A stretch of DNA of 59,969 bases from a virus (Duplodnaviria > Caudoviricetes), in IMG/VR virus record IMGVR_UViG_3300032330_001114, positions 1 through 59,969 of that record; one strand, 5' to 3'. The notes under the pieces were generated by a model. That model saw only the letters and a program-made list of their open reading frames with translations. It was not told where the DNA came from and searched no databases. Below, in pieces: positions 8,642 to 19,091 of the stretch; within the stretch, counting starts at the first letter, position 1, and every line of letters begins with the position of its first letter. A program made the translations under genes and the position numbers.

Positions 8642-11600
8642 TATCTTTTAAAATATGACTTGTAGTATGATTTCTTATAGGTACCATCCCTATTCTTTTT
8701 TCTTTTTTTTCGTTTAGAATAATCGTACTCTTCATCTTCAATTATCTTTTTCTCTTTTGTTAGGTCAGACTTCACTTCTTTTTCTGTATTATTTTTTTCG
8801 TAATAATCACTACCCTCTCCAAATGTCTTTTCGTATAAATCAGGGTCATACCTTTTCATGTCTGACTTGCTATCGTATCCTTGAAGCATCTCCTCTAACT
8901 TTTCCTTTTCTTCTCGTCTCGTCATCTTCTCCTCTTCCTTCTGATCCTTTCCTTTGTATGGAGCTTCTTTTGCTTCTCTTATCTTTAACTTTATTTCTTT
9001 TCTTTTGTCAGGCTCTGTTTCTTCTTCAAGCATTCTATTAAGTGCCTCTACCTCAATTTTCATTTTATCTTCTTTCTTTTTAAGAACATCAGCTCTTTTG
9101 CTTTCTACTTCACGAGTGTACGCTTCTTTACCCCCTTGCTTTGTACTACTATTTTTCTTTGCCAATCTAAGAGAGTTTCTAAGGACAGCGTTCATCTCCG
9201 CAGGGAAACCAATAAGAGAACTACCTGTCGACATCAGTGCAACATCCCCTAATGCATCAGCCGTTTTTCTTGAAACGTATTTTTCTCTTCCATACTCATC
9301 CGTATACTTTCCGGTTGTAGCAATTTCAAATGCATCAATTATTGAATTGGCTTTGTCAACAGCAATACCATATAAACCCAAAGATTTCGCTCCATTTTGT
9401 TTGAAGCTTGTCATAAGATTGAACTTATCCTCTTCATCTATATCCTCTAAGTCTTGAAAATAGCTGAGTGCCTTATCTGCGCCAATAGCTACCGGAACGT
9501 CAAGCACAGGTAATGGAGAAAGTACATCAGTAACTGTTCCTGTAGTCTGAGACTTATTCAGCATTTCCTCTCTTTTCTTTTTATCATCATCCGTCTCATT
9601 TATACCCATTGCCTGAACGGCTAAACCTCCAATATAAGAAGCAATGAGATATTGAGTATACTTAAAAGTAGCCATTTCTGCGCCATAACCTGCAAGTGAT
9701 TTAAACGCAGTTATCCTGTCTTCTTTTGTAGCATTACCTTTTTTTGAAAAAAGAGATTTCAAGTCGCTATACATTCTCATTGTCTGATTCATTCTAAAGC
9801 TTGCAAAAGGCATAACTGTTTTTACCATTACACTTTTTATTGGGTCTTTAGTATTCATGAGCTTTCCTTGCAAGTCAGCGTCTGATATGTTCTGTTGTCT
9901 ATCAACCATATCTTGAGCGTAATCTGCTGCCTCTTCATTTATCTTATCTTTTGCATAATCAAACTTTGATGGGTCTATGCCTTGTTTCTTCAATCCTTTT
10001 TCATAATAAGTAATCCAAGAGGCTTTTGCTATCCATACGTCAGGCTTTTCAACAAAGGCCTTTAGTGCTATCTCATTTGCCTTCCCCAACAATTCAATTA
10101 CTTTTGAAGCCTTTGATGTAGCGGCAGCCTCTGCTAATTTATTTATTGAGTCAACGCTAACTCTCGACTTGCCACCTCTGATAGCAATACCTCTTTGTGA
10201 GTTGTTAATAAAATTTACCTTGTCTTTGTTTCTGAAATAAAAGAAATCAGGCATCTTACCGGCATTGATAATTGTATTTATAGCAACAGGAATGGTCTGC
10301 TTAACAGGCTGAGTTACACCTGCCAAAGCTGTAGCTGCACCTGCCGTACCGAGGTTGCTAAGTTTTCTAAAAACACTTGTCAATTCATCTGTAACAACAA
10401 CTTGCCTTTGCCTTGTAGTTCTTATCAAGTCAGGTATAACTCCTTCTTTTCCGCTATTTCTAAACAACAAATCACGGTCTTCCTTATTAGGTATGATTTT
10501 CTTTATGGCTTTGGAAGAAAAGAACGACTCTATCTGTCTTACTGTTCCTGCAGTATTAATGTCCATCAAAGCGTCCTGATATGCATTAATCATATTCCTG
10601 TCAAAAGATAAATCAAAGTATCTATCCTCCATACCATCAGCCTCAGGTCTTGTTGACTTCTCAAGTACGCCTGTCTTCTTTTTGTATACACCCTTACCGA
10701 ATATGTCATTGTTGCTATTAAGAAATACAGACTCTCTTGAAGATAACTCAGGAGCTTTCTCCCCTCCTGAAAGCAAAGAGAATTTAAAGTTGGTATAGTT
10801 CAAATCTCTATCTAACTTTTTATTGTAGATGCTCTCAGATACATCAGCCAATTGGTCGTATATATCAGACCACTTATCAATCCACCAATCAACAGCCTCA
10901 ATGTTTTTATCGTCTGATTTTTTTAATACCTCATCAACTGTGTTAGAATCTTTCAATACTTTGTCGTATGATTTCTGATATACATCAGCCATTTTGCGCT
11001 CCTGCTCGGTTCCGTCTCTTAAAAGTTCTATGCTCTTTTCTACTAACTCCTTCTTTCTTTTAAACTCAGCCTTTTGTTGCTCCGGGGTCCCGGGTATATC
11101 TCTTTTCATGGCTGCGATAATACCTCTCTCAGCTACGTTATCAGCCGTGTCAAACGCCTTGCCATTTGCTTTTTGATTGTAGAACTGCTTAATGAATGAA
11201 TCAGTAAGCACATTCATCGTTCTTTGTACAGAAGCTTTTTTGTTTACCAACTCAGTAATTCCTGACAATCTCTTAAACTCTTCTGATGCTGCTACACCAC
11301 GAAACATTTGTTCTGTTAGGTTAGGTAGTGTTGATATCTGTTGACCAAAGGCTCTACCTGTCTTTTTGCTGAAGAATAGCTTTAGCTTCTTAGCTACCAC
11401 ATTATTTTCTATTGCTTTTGCTAAACTATCTTTTGCTTTGTAGTCAGCATAAACTGTCTCCATGTTTGCAACTGATCCATTGCGAATGAAATTGTTTAAC
11501 GCATCAATAACACCAAGCTTCTCTTTGTCGCTTAAATCCCTCATGTCCATAGACATAAACCTCTCGGCAATCTTCTTTCTGTTTTCAGACAAATCAATGT

Positions 11601-14600
11601 CCTCTCCGGTTAATGGGTCTTTGCCTGTGCGAAGCATTTCATCAACCATGGCAGCGCTTGAGTCAAATATCTTGTTTACTCTTTCAGTTATCTTCTTGAG
11701 AAGACTATCATCAACTTTAGTATTGCCTTCAACCTGACCCGTCTTAATTAATTCAAGAACCTCGTCATCACTTAAAAACGTAGCGTCATCGCCCATTATT
11801 CCTCTTGCTGATTTTATTAACTTGTCCTTATCAATTTTATACTGCGCCTCAAGCATCTTATCAACATATTCGCCCATCTTAGCGATGTCAATCATGTCCG
11901 CTATTTTTATGGGATTATTCTTATCCTTTGTAATCTTAGAACCCTCTAGTGACTCTCTTAGCTTTTTAGCCATTTCATTATACTCGTCAATATTTTCAAC
12001 ATCAGATGGACGTATTTTCAAGAATTGTTTTGCAAATACAGATAATTCTGCGTTCTTCTTTTTGTTACTTGCAAGTGCTTTTATTGCTGCTCTTACGCCA
12101 TTAGCGTCATTTAGTTTGTTATCATACTCTGCATCCTCAAATAACTTCTCAGCATACTCGATAACTTTTTCAACTGCTGCATCATCCTCTAAGTTAACCT
12201 TGCTTATCTTGTTTAATAAGGCGTCTACTTTTTTTGTGCTAATGGCTCCTGACTTTTCTATTTGCTTTATGGCTGCCGCAAATACCTTTCTTCTCTCCAT
12301 CAAATCCTTAGCCGTCTTTAATCCTTCTTTAACGCCTCTGCCAAATGCTTTTATCTGCTCTTTCAATGCAGCCTTTTCAGTCATGGTAACCACTTTAGGC
12401 GGTTCAATACCAAGTATTGTCTCTGCGCTTGGAGCTTTCTTTACTCTCTCTCCAAACTTCCTAACTACTTCTTTTACCATTGCATCTTGCTGAACTTGAC
12501 TAGCGGTCTTATATTCATTCGACTCTGTCAATATCTTTAATGCCTCTTTCTTTTTTGCCTCAACTTCAGCCTTATATTCTTCAGCAGCAGCCTTAGCCTT
12601 ATCAAGCGTTTTCTTGGCCTCTTCTATCTTAGTGGCATTACCATTCTTCTTTGCAACTTTAAGCTTGTCCTTAGCCTTGTTTAAATCCCTATCAACATAC
12701 TCCTTGTACTTAGGTATGAGCAGTTCAATATCATCCATTATAGATGTCTTTGTTTCATTACCTTCAGCCATGGTAACATTAGTAGGTTTGCCTTCAGATA
12801 CGGTAGCGCTTCCTGTTTTTATCGTAGTACCTAACGCTTCATTAACTGAGGATACAAGTTGCTTTTGTTGTTCTGTTCTTTCTTGTTCAGGAACTTTTAA
12901 TGCTTCATTGTATGCTTCAGCAGGAGTGCTTACTGTTCCTTCTTTTAGATCAAATATTGCACTACCTTCAGTGAAGCTATCGGGAGACGCCTCATCTGCT
13001 GTTTCTTTTGCATCTCTAACATCAACTCCCTCATATCCCATTTTCTTTAATATGCGAGTTTCTAATCTATCTGTTTTATAATCATCTTTAGATGTCTCTT
13101 TTGAGTATTCTTTTAATTCAGAAGAAAAATCTGTATTTTTTATTTTATTTAAAAATTCAGGCATCCAATATTCTAACATTTGAGAATATCCATATCCTCT
13201 TGAATTGTTTTCTATTGATTCTTCAACAGTTAATTTGTTTTTAACTAAGTCGGTAGCTAATCTTTTTAGTGCATTTTTTACTACCCAATATTGAGGTGTT
13301 GTCAATTTGAGTAAATTGTATTTTGAAAAATCAACTATTTTAAATCCTTTTTCTGTAGATTTTCTTGATTCTTTTCCTACAACTTTGTTGGGATCTGATA
13401 CAAAATAATATCCTGTAAATGGCATATCTCCATTGTAAGATTCTGTAGCATAATCTGATTTATCTTGTAAATTTCCAACATGATATCCTGCATCTTCAAA
13501 AACTTTAGATGCAGCATTAGCGATTAATTTAGGATTTTTTTCTGCAATATTATTAAGTTCTTTCTCAACATCAACTCCTCCTGTCTTAGTCTCCGTTCCT
13601 TCAGCCATAGTAACATCGCCACGCTTTGCCTCACTATTTCTTTTTAGTAATTCATTTACTGCCTGTTCTTGCGTTCTGCCAAGAACATCTCCATAAAAAG
13701 ACTTTGCAGTGTATGGCTTTGCTTCTGCTTTATTGAAATCAGCATTAACAAAGTTTCCAAATTCCTTATCAATGACCATTCTACCTATTGGTTTGCCATC
13801 TAAAGTAACTGTTAGATTGCCCCTACCATCATCCTCAATTTTTGTATTTTCAAACTCATACCTCCATGATCCTGTCTTAGTTTCCGTTCCTTCGGCACTG
13901 GTAACATCGGCACGAGTTTTTGGTTCCCTGCTCATTGGAACAGCTTCAGATTCATTTTCTAAAGCATAGTCAATAAGTTCTTGTTCTGTTTTAAATGCAC
14001 CACCAAAAGCATCTTCGAAATCAACCTTAAATCCGTTCTTTTTATAGAAATCAATAAGTTGCTTTTTGCTTAATCCATCACGGCCAAATGGCTTTGCATC
14101 AAGAGTGAGTTTTACACCAAGCGCATCAGCAGCATCTGTTATATCTTTCATAACAGCCTTGCCGGTGCCTTTGCCTTTATCAAGAGATAATATTGATTCA
14201 ATAGATATTTCATTCCTATCTCTCTTGTCAAACCTATTAAATTCTAAAGAAGCCTTATTTCCATAAACAAATGACTTGTTATCAATAGGATTTTTTTGAA
14301 GCGGATTTAAACTGTTAAGTTTATTAAGAAACCTATTTAGTATATTATCTTTTACAAATTGAACTTTTTGAGGTTCTTCTTTTTGAGGTTCTTGCTTTTC
14401 ATTTTTATTAGGCTCAGGAATTTTGAAGAAATTATTTTCAATATTCTTATCAGGATTTTTGCTTCTTTTTACTAACTCATCAATAGCTTCTTGCTTAGAC
14501 TCTCCAAGTACATCTCCATAAATCCATTCAACAGAATAAGGTTTAACTCCTGCTCTACTAAAGTTTGCATTTTGCCAAGTTTTTTGACTTGGATCGTAAT

Positions 14601-17169
14601 ACATTTTACCTATCTCTTTACCATTAAGAGTTACTGTATGCTCGTTATCTTCATTCTTTTTGGTTTTAACTATATCTGTTCCACTTGTCATTGTCTCCGT
14701 TCCTTCGCCACCGGTAGTAACCTCAGTAGGACCACCACTTGTAGTAGCGGTAGCACCGCCTGCACCAATGGTAATTGTTGTGCCTTTAGCAGAAGCAGGA
14801 GTAGCTGTAACCTCAGGAGTAGACTCACTAACTGTAGCACTACTACCTGCTTGAATAGTTGTGCCTTCAGGCCTAGACTCAGCAGCTTTATGCGCCTCAA
14901 GCATTTTCTTGAAGTAGTCTAACGAAGCGACGTCATCCTCTGTTGGATTAGCTTCCTCTTCATAAAACTTAATCTTCTCCTCGTAATACTTTATAGGGTC
15001 AGCAAAGTAATCCTTAGCCTCTTGTACATCAGTCTCATCATGATTATCGGGGTTATCTAAGATTTCTTGGAACGCGTCTTTCTCATCAGCGATGGCTTGA
15101 CTTTGTTCGGGAGTGATTTCAAGTTTGGCGTTTCCTTCGCCCACTTCTTGCAATCCCAATTCGGGTTGTTGGCCGAGTAGCACGCTTTCATTTGTTGTTT
15201 GCTTTTGAACGGCATCTTCTTTCTGTTTATTGGTTACTAATTCAGTTAACTCATTATTTAATTCTGCAAGTTTTGCTCTTTTCGCATCAATAAATGCTTT
15301 TATAGACGCTCTCTCTGAAGGTAATTTTGAATTTGTGAACTTATCTGACAAGTCACTCAGTTCAGCATCCAAATTCATTATCTCTGTATTCAGTTCTCTT
15401 TTTCTTGTGCCAAACGTAGAGTTATCATAAGCATCAGCAATAGCCGATATCTTATCAATTATCATCTTCTTCTCATTTGCTCCAAAGCTCTTATTGTTAT
15501 TCATTAAATTAATAAGCGCGTCTCTATGCTCAACAATGTCATTGATTGTATTGTGAGCATCTATTTTATTTTGCAACTTAACAGCCTCATCTCCAAGCGT
15601 CTTCTTTTTTTGCATGTCAGGCTCCCTCAGTATTGCTTTTTTTATAGCATCTCTTGCGGTCATCATGGCTTGTATATCGTCCTGAGTAAGATTTGGGTCG
15701 TAAGATATATCAAGGTTCGCCTTAGTCTCATTTATGACTCTTCCAAGAGAGTTAATTGGATTGTCACTGAGTACGCTCTCATAGTAGTGGTTAGCTTCAT
15801 TTTGGTTCTTATATATTGAACCTGCATGCAACAAACTAAAACCAACGCCAGTACCTGCCTCCATAATCATTTCTTCAGGCGTTAATGCTCTCCTTTCTGT
15901 AGCAGCAACTCTTAATGCCTTAGCTGACGTAAATACACCTGCATTTGCAAGTGGATTTGATATAGCCGTAGCTATAGCGCTATTAAGACCTGTCTTTGAT
16001 ATTAATTTAGCTATAGCAGGAGAGACCTCCCCTGCAGTTACACCAAGCACATGCATATACGCACCTTCAGCCGCTCCTTCTAATGCACCATATAGTGAGT
16101 TAACATATGGGTCTTCTCCTTCTTTAGTCTCAGCCATGCCTTTTATAGCACCTTTCGTTGCCATTATCTTAGTGAATGGAGAAGTGACTGATTCTTTTAC
16201 AAGCTTTGTAGTTTTAGGTAAGTATTTTTCTACTACCTTAGCAGCTTGAGGAGAATATTTTTCAATAACGGGAACTGCTTTTTTAGTTGTTGTTTCAGCC
16301 CATTTAGCCGCTGCTGATTCAGCATATGCAGGATTGTCCATAGCTGCAGCCAATACCAAATCAGGAGCCATCCCTGCTATATTCTTAGTTATCTCATAAG
16401 GTATCTTCATTACTCCTTCAGGAGCTACTTTTTGCTGATACTCCTCTATGTCTTTTAATTGGTCTTTTATATTTGAAGAGGCATTGGCAAGCGCTGTTAT
16501 AGATTTTGTTTTTTGCTCTTGAGGTAAGACTGAATTGATTATCAAGCTTGATACATTACCAATTCCTTGCAATATCGCTCTTGGGTCAATAGGAGACATA
16601 TCTCCTCCCTTTTTCTTACTTAATTGCTCTAATTGGTTTTTTACAGCATCACTCGCAGGCTTATCTGTATCAGGAATATCTCCTCCAAAAAAATTGCTTT
16701 CATTTAATTGATTTTTAAATGCATTCAATACGTCATCAACAGGCTTTAAGAAACCTTCAGACCATATATTTGAGGCTATACCTGATACTGCATCTGCAAC
16801 TTTCTTTGTACCAAGCATTGTATATGCCTGTGCTTTAAGTGCAGCATTGCCAATCTTAGATAGGATACCATCATCCTCAGTCTCTTGCGATGATGACCCC
16901 GATGAAGCATCTGCCGAAGACGAACCCGAAACGACTGAATTTTTTTTTTCAACGGAAGGTTCAGTAGCCTTTATTTTGTTCAAAAAAGAGTCTATAGGAA
17001 TATCTTTTGTAAACGAAGGGTCAATAGAACCTACCCATCCATGCATTTCCTTTGCATAAGAAGGGTCCTGCATTTTCTGAATGAATGTAGCGTATGGAAC
17101 ATCGGTTCCGTATGTTGAATCATTTTGCACAATCCAACCATATAGGTCTTTTAAATACTTCTCGTTCAT
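8638..17169 (-). CDS. Giant internal virion (ejection) protein, polyvalent type with GNAT and ADP-ribosyltransferase-like domains
   Basis: 2843 aa, last late gene; GNAT motif KGKGTGKAVM..LIDFYKKNGF; ART-like YH..G.YF..GYEGV..SAIF; helical C-terminal half. Confidence 0.8.
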   Translation of the reverse strand: MNEKYLKDLYGWIVQNDSTYGTDVPYATFIQKMQDPSYAKEMHGWVGSIDPSFTKDIPIDSFLNKIKATEPSVEKKNSVVSGSSSADASSGSSSQETEDDGILSKIGNAALKAQAYTMLGTKKVADAVSGIASNIWSEGFLKPVDDVLNAFKNQLNESNFFGGDIPDTDKPASDAVKNQLEQLSKKKGGDMSPIDPRAILQGIGNVSSLIINSVLPQEQKTKSITALANASSNIKDQLKDIEEYQQKVAPEGVMKIPYEITKNIAGMAPDLVLAAAMDNPAYAESAAAKWAETTTKKAVPVIEKYSPQAAKVVEKYLPKTTKLVKESVTSPFTKIMATKGAIKGMAETKEGEDPYVNSLYGALEGAAEGAYMHVLGVTAGEVSPAIAKLISKTGLNSAIATAISNPLANAGVFTSAKALRVAATERRALTPEEMIMEAGTGVGFSLLHAGSIYKNQNEANHYYESVLSDNPINSLGRVINETKANLDISYDPNLTQDDIQAMMTARDAIKKAILREPDMQKKKTLGDEAVKLQNKIDAHNTINDIVEHRDALINLMNNNKSFGANEKKMIIDKISAIADAYDNSTFGTRKRELNTEIMNLDAELSDLSDKFTNSKLPSERASIKAFIDAKRAKLAELNNELTELVTNKQKEDAVQKQTTNESVLLGQQPELGLQEVGEGNAKLEITPEQSQAIADEKDAFQEILDNPDNHDETDVQEAKDYFADPIKYYEEKIKFYEEEANPTEDDVASLDYFKKMLEAHKAAESRPEGTTIQAGSSATVSESTPEVTATPASAKGTTITIGAGGATATTSGGPTEVTTGGEGTETMTSGTDIVKTKKNEDNEHTVTLNGKEIGKMYYDPSQKTWQNANFSRAGVKPYSVEWIYGDVLGESKQEAIDELVKRSKNPDKNIENNFFKIPEPNKNEKQEPQKEEPQKVQFVKDNILNRFLNKLNSLNPLQKNPIDNKSFVYGNKASLEFNRFDKRDRNEISIESILSLDKGKGTGKAVMKDITDAADALGVKLTLDAKPFGRDGLSKKQLIDFYKKNGFKVDFEDAFGGAFKTEQELIDYALENESEAVPMSREPKTRADVTSAEGTETKTGSWRYEFENTKIEDDGRGNLTVTLDGKPIGRMVIDKEFGNFVNADFNKAEAKPYTAKSFYGDVLGRTQEQAVNELLKRNSEAKRGDVTMAEGTETKTGGVDVEKELNNIAEKNPKLIANAASKVFEDAGYHVGNLQDKSDYATESYNGDMPFTGYYFVSDPNKVVGKESRKSTEKGFKIVDFSKYNLLKLTTPQYWVVKNALKRLATDLVKNKLTVEESIENNSRGYGYSQMLEYWMPEFLNKIKNTDFSSELKEYSKETSKDDYKTDRLETRILKKMGYEGVDVRDAKETADEASPDSFTEGSAIFDLKEGTVSTPAEAYNEALKVPEQERTEQQKQLVSSVNEALGTTIKTGSATVSEGKPTNVTMAEGNETKTSIMDDIELLIPKYKEYVDRDLNKAKDKLKVAKKNGNATKIEEAKKTLDKAKAAAEEYKAEVEAKKKEALKILTESNEYKTASQVQQDAMVKEVVRKFGERVKKAPSAETILGIEPPKVVTMTEKAALKEQIKAFGRGVKEGLKTAKDLMERRKVFAAAIKQIEKSGAISTKKVDALLNKISKVNLEDDAAVEKVIEYAEKLFEDAEYDNKLNDANGVRAAIKALASNKKKNAELSVFAKQFLKIRPSDVENIDEYNEMAKKLRESLEGSKITKDKNNPIKIADMIDIAKMGEYVDKMLEAQYKIDKDKLIKSARGIMGDDATFLSDDEVLELIKTGQVEGNTKVDDSLLKKITERVNKIFDSSAAMVDEMLRTGKDPLTGEDIDLSENRKKIAERFMSMDMRDLSDKEKLGVIDALNNFIRNGSVANMETVYADYKAKDSLAKAIENNVVAKKLKLFFSKKTGRAFGQQISTLPNLTEQMFRGVAASEEFKRLSGITELVNKKASVQRTMNVLTDSFIKQFYNQKANGKAFDTADNVAERGIIAAMKRDIPGTPEQQKAEFKRKKELVEKSIELLRDGTEQERKMADVYQKSYDKVLKDSNTVDEVLKKSDDKNIEAVDWWIDKWSDIYDQLADVSESIYNKKLDRDLNYTNFKFSLLSGGEKAPELSSRESVFLNSNNDIFGKGVYKKKTGVLEKSTRPEADGMEDRYFDLSFDRNMINAYQDALMDINTAGTVRQIESFFSSKAIKKIIPNKEDRDLLFRNSGKEGVIPDLIRTTRQRQVVVTDELTSVFRKLSNLGTAGAATALAGVTQPVKQTIPVAINTIINAGKMPDFFYFRNKDKVNFINNSQRGIAIRGGKSRVSVDSINKLAEAAATSKASKVIELLGKANEIALKAFVEKPDVWIAKASWITYYEKGLKKQGIDPSKFDYAKDKINEEAADYAQDMVDRQQNISDADLQGKLMNTKDPIKSVMVKTVMPFASFRMNQTMRMYSDLKSLFSKKGNATKEDRITAFKSLAGYGAEMATFKYTQYLIASYIGGLAVQAMGINETDDDKKKREEMLNKSQTTGTVTDVLSPLPVLDVPVAIGADKALSYFQDLEDIDEEDKFNLMTSFKQNGAKSLGLYGIAVDKANSIIDAFEIATTGKYTDEYGREKYVSRKTADALGDVALMSTGSSLIGFPAEMNAVLRNSLRLAKKNSSTKQGGKEAYTREVESKRADVLKKKEDKMKIEVEALNRMLEEETEPDKRKEIKLKIREAKEAPYKGKDQKEEEKMTRREEKEKLEEMLQGYDSKSDMKRYDPDLYEKTFGEGSDYYEKNNTEKEVKSDLTKEKKIIEDEEYDYSKRKKRKKNRDGTYKKSYYKSYFKRY
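12742..14725 (-). repeat. Four linker repeats VTxAEGxETKT separating domains in the giant protein
   Basis: Copies at ~14680-14725, 13868-13912, 13577-13620, 12742-12783. Confidence 0.8.
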
Positions 17170-17190
17170 TTGCTTTGTTTTAATTTGTTG

Positions 17191-19080
17191 TTATTTGCCT
17201 CCCGGTCTTGGTGCAGGTGTTTTCTTCACCGGCGCAGGCGCAGGCGCAGAAGCAGGAGTCGGCTCAGCCTTTGCTTTTTTATCAGGATTGCTTTCAAAAA
17301 AGTTTTGAGCTTCTGTTGCATTTGCATTTTGAGACAACCAATTTAAAATGTTTTTAACTTGTGATTTATCATCTACAGAAAAAGTAACACCCTTTTCTTT
17401 TGATATGTCCTGTCCTTTCTTGTATATAATAATGTCATCTGTAGTTCCAAGTGTGCTTTCATCAGCCTCAAATGTAAATCCAAGACCACCAAATGTAGAG
17501 TTTAAATTAGATGCAGTTTCTGTAGCTTTATTTGGCATTATCTGACTGTCTAAGCTTGAAGACACATACTCATTTATGTCTTTAGTATAAGACTTTTGCC
17601 CAGTCTCTTCTGAGCCAATTGCTTTTCCGGGTTTATTTACAGTTTTCCCTTGAGAGAACTCTCTCGCATACTTAACAGCGTCTGTCTCATCAATTTGAGT
17701 GTCTGAAATATACTTTTTAGCATATCCCATGATACTTGATATAGCGCTTCTTACCTCATCAGGTGTTTTAGGAGCAAACTGAACATATTGCCCATCTGGT
17801 CCCATTACGTTGAAAATAGGATTCTTGTCTGCGTCTTCTGTTATATAGTTAGAAATGCCTATTTTATTTAAATAATTACTTGCATCACTTTGCTCGTTAA
17901 CGCTACCTGTAAAGAATTTTCCTACGTTCTCTCCAAGATTTTTAGCGCCTTGCTCTTCTTTTTTAACTCCATATTCAAACTGCTTTCTTCCAAGTGTAAC
18001 ATCACTTAATTGACCTGTAGATGATTGAATTTTTTTCTCTACATCAATCTTGCTGATTATTTGGTTTCTTGCATAATCAAACGCTTCTTGTCTCTGCTCT
18101 TTATAATGAGGACCATTAGGGTCTATTACATTTAATCCTGTTGATGGGTCAACCATTGCCAATATTTTAGTCTTATCTTTTGCCGCCAACTCCTTATCAT
18201 AAGTATATGATTCAGCGCCATACTTACCTGTATTTTGAGTTAGTATAGACATCATGTTGTATGGCACAGATAAATACTTTTCTACGTTATTATCTATTGA
18301 CCTTAAGAACTCGTCAGCAGCTTTTTTACCCCCCGGAAAAGTCTTCTCCATCATCTCAGGAGAGTTTAAATATTCAGTAACGCTACCTGCTCTTGACATT
18401 TTAGCCGCTTGCAAAACAGCCGTTCTTAAAGCTCCCTTAGATTCAGCGTCCCTTGTAGTATTGCCATCTAAATCAAACGTAGGTATATCTGTCTGCATAT
18501 TCTTCATGCCTGTACCAACAGGAATAATTTCTCCTGTAAGTTCCATTAGTCCCGTCTTCTCATTTTTTTTCATCTTGGCTAAATTGATAACCCCTGTTGC
18601 AGGGTCTACAACAGCTTTTGAATTAGAGAAATCAGCATACGCTTCTATTGTAGACATATTAAAAGCATTTACAGCCTGAAGGGAATTGTCTGTTATTCCT
18701 TTCATTTTTTTTGCGTATTCGCTTTGATATGTTTTTTGAAGATCAAATAACGTGTTTGTCCCATCTAATATATTGTTGTTAATTAAATTAATTTGCTTTT
18801 CACTTATTTTGCCTGCTTTAAAAAGTTTCATGGCAATTTGTTTTTGCTTAGTAATAGCATCAACGGCATTACTCGTAAATGCATTACCATCCCTATATTG
18901 GCCCATAGGAGAATTAGCCAATGTTTGAGAAAGTTTTCTATCTCTCTCTTCAATACCAGCTTTTCTGTTCTCCCTATCCTTTATATCGGCATCAATAACG
19001 TCAGTAAATCCTTTTGCGACTGACGCCCAATCCACATAACTTGAATTTTCTCTTGATTGATATCCGTAACCTATTGGCAT
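17191..19080 (-). CDS. Probable internal virion (ejection) protein
   Basis: 629 aa, VDWASVAKG N-terminal motif, helical, position before giant protein. Confidence 0.65.
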   Translation of the reverse strand: MPIGYGYQSRENSSYVDWASVAKGFTDVIDADIKDRENRKAGIEERDRKLSQTLANSPMGQYRDGNAFTSNAVDAITKQKQIAMKLFKAGKISEKQINLINNNILDGTNTLFDLQKTYQSEYAKKMKGITDNSLQAVNAFNMSTIEAYADFSNSKAVVDPATGVINLAKMKKNEKTGLMELTGEIIPVGTGMKNMQTDIPTFDLDGNTTRDAESKGALRTAVLQAAKMSRAGSVTEYLNSPEMMEKTFPGGKKAADEFLRSIDNNVEKYLSVPYNMMSILTQNTGKYGAESYTYDKELAAKDKTKILAMVDPSTGLNVIDPNGPHYKEQRQEAFDYARNQIISKIDVEKKIQSSTGQLSDVTLGRKQFEYGVKKEEQGAKNLGENVGKFFTGSVNEQSDASNYLNKIGISNYITEDADKNPIFNVMGPDGQYVQFAPKTPDEVRSAISSIMGYAKKYISDTQIDETDAVKYAREFSQGKTVNKPGKAIGSEETGQKSYTKDINEYVSSSLDSQIMPNKATETASNLNSTFGGLGFTFEADESTLGTTDDIIIYKKGQDISKEKGVTFSVDDKSQVKNILNWLSQNANATEAQNFFESNPDKKAKAEPTPASAPAPAPVKKTPAPRPGGK

Positions 19081-19091
19081 GTGTTTTTATT

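Noticed and set aside
8638-17169. Virion RNA polymerase in the giant protein
   Set aside because: No DxDxD catalytic motif in a recognisable RNAP context was seen
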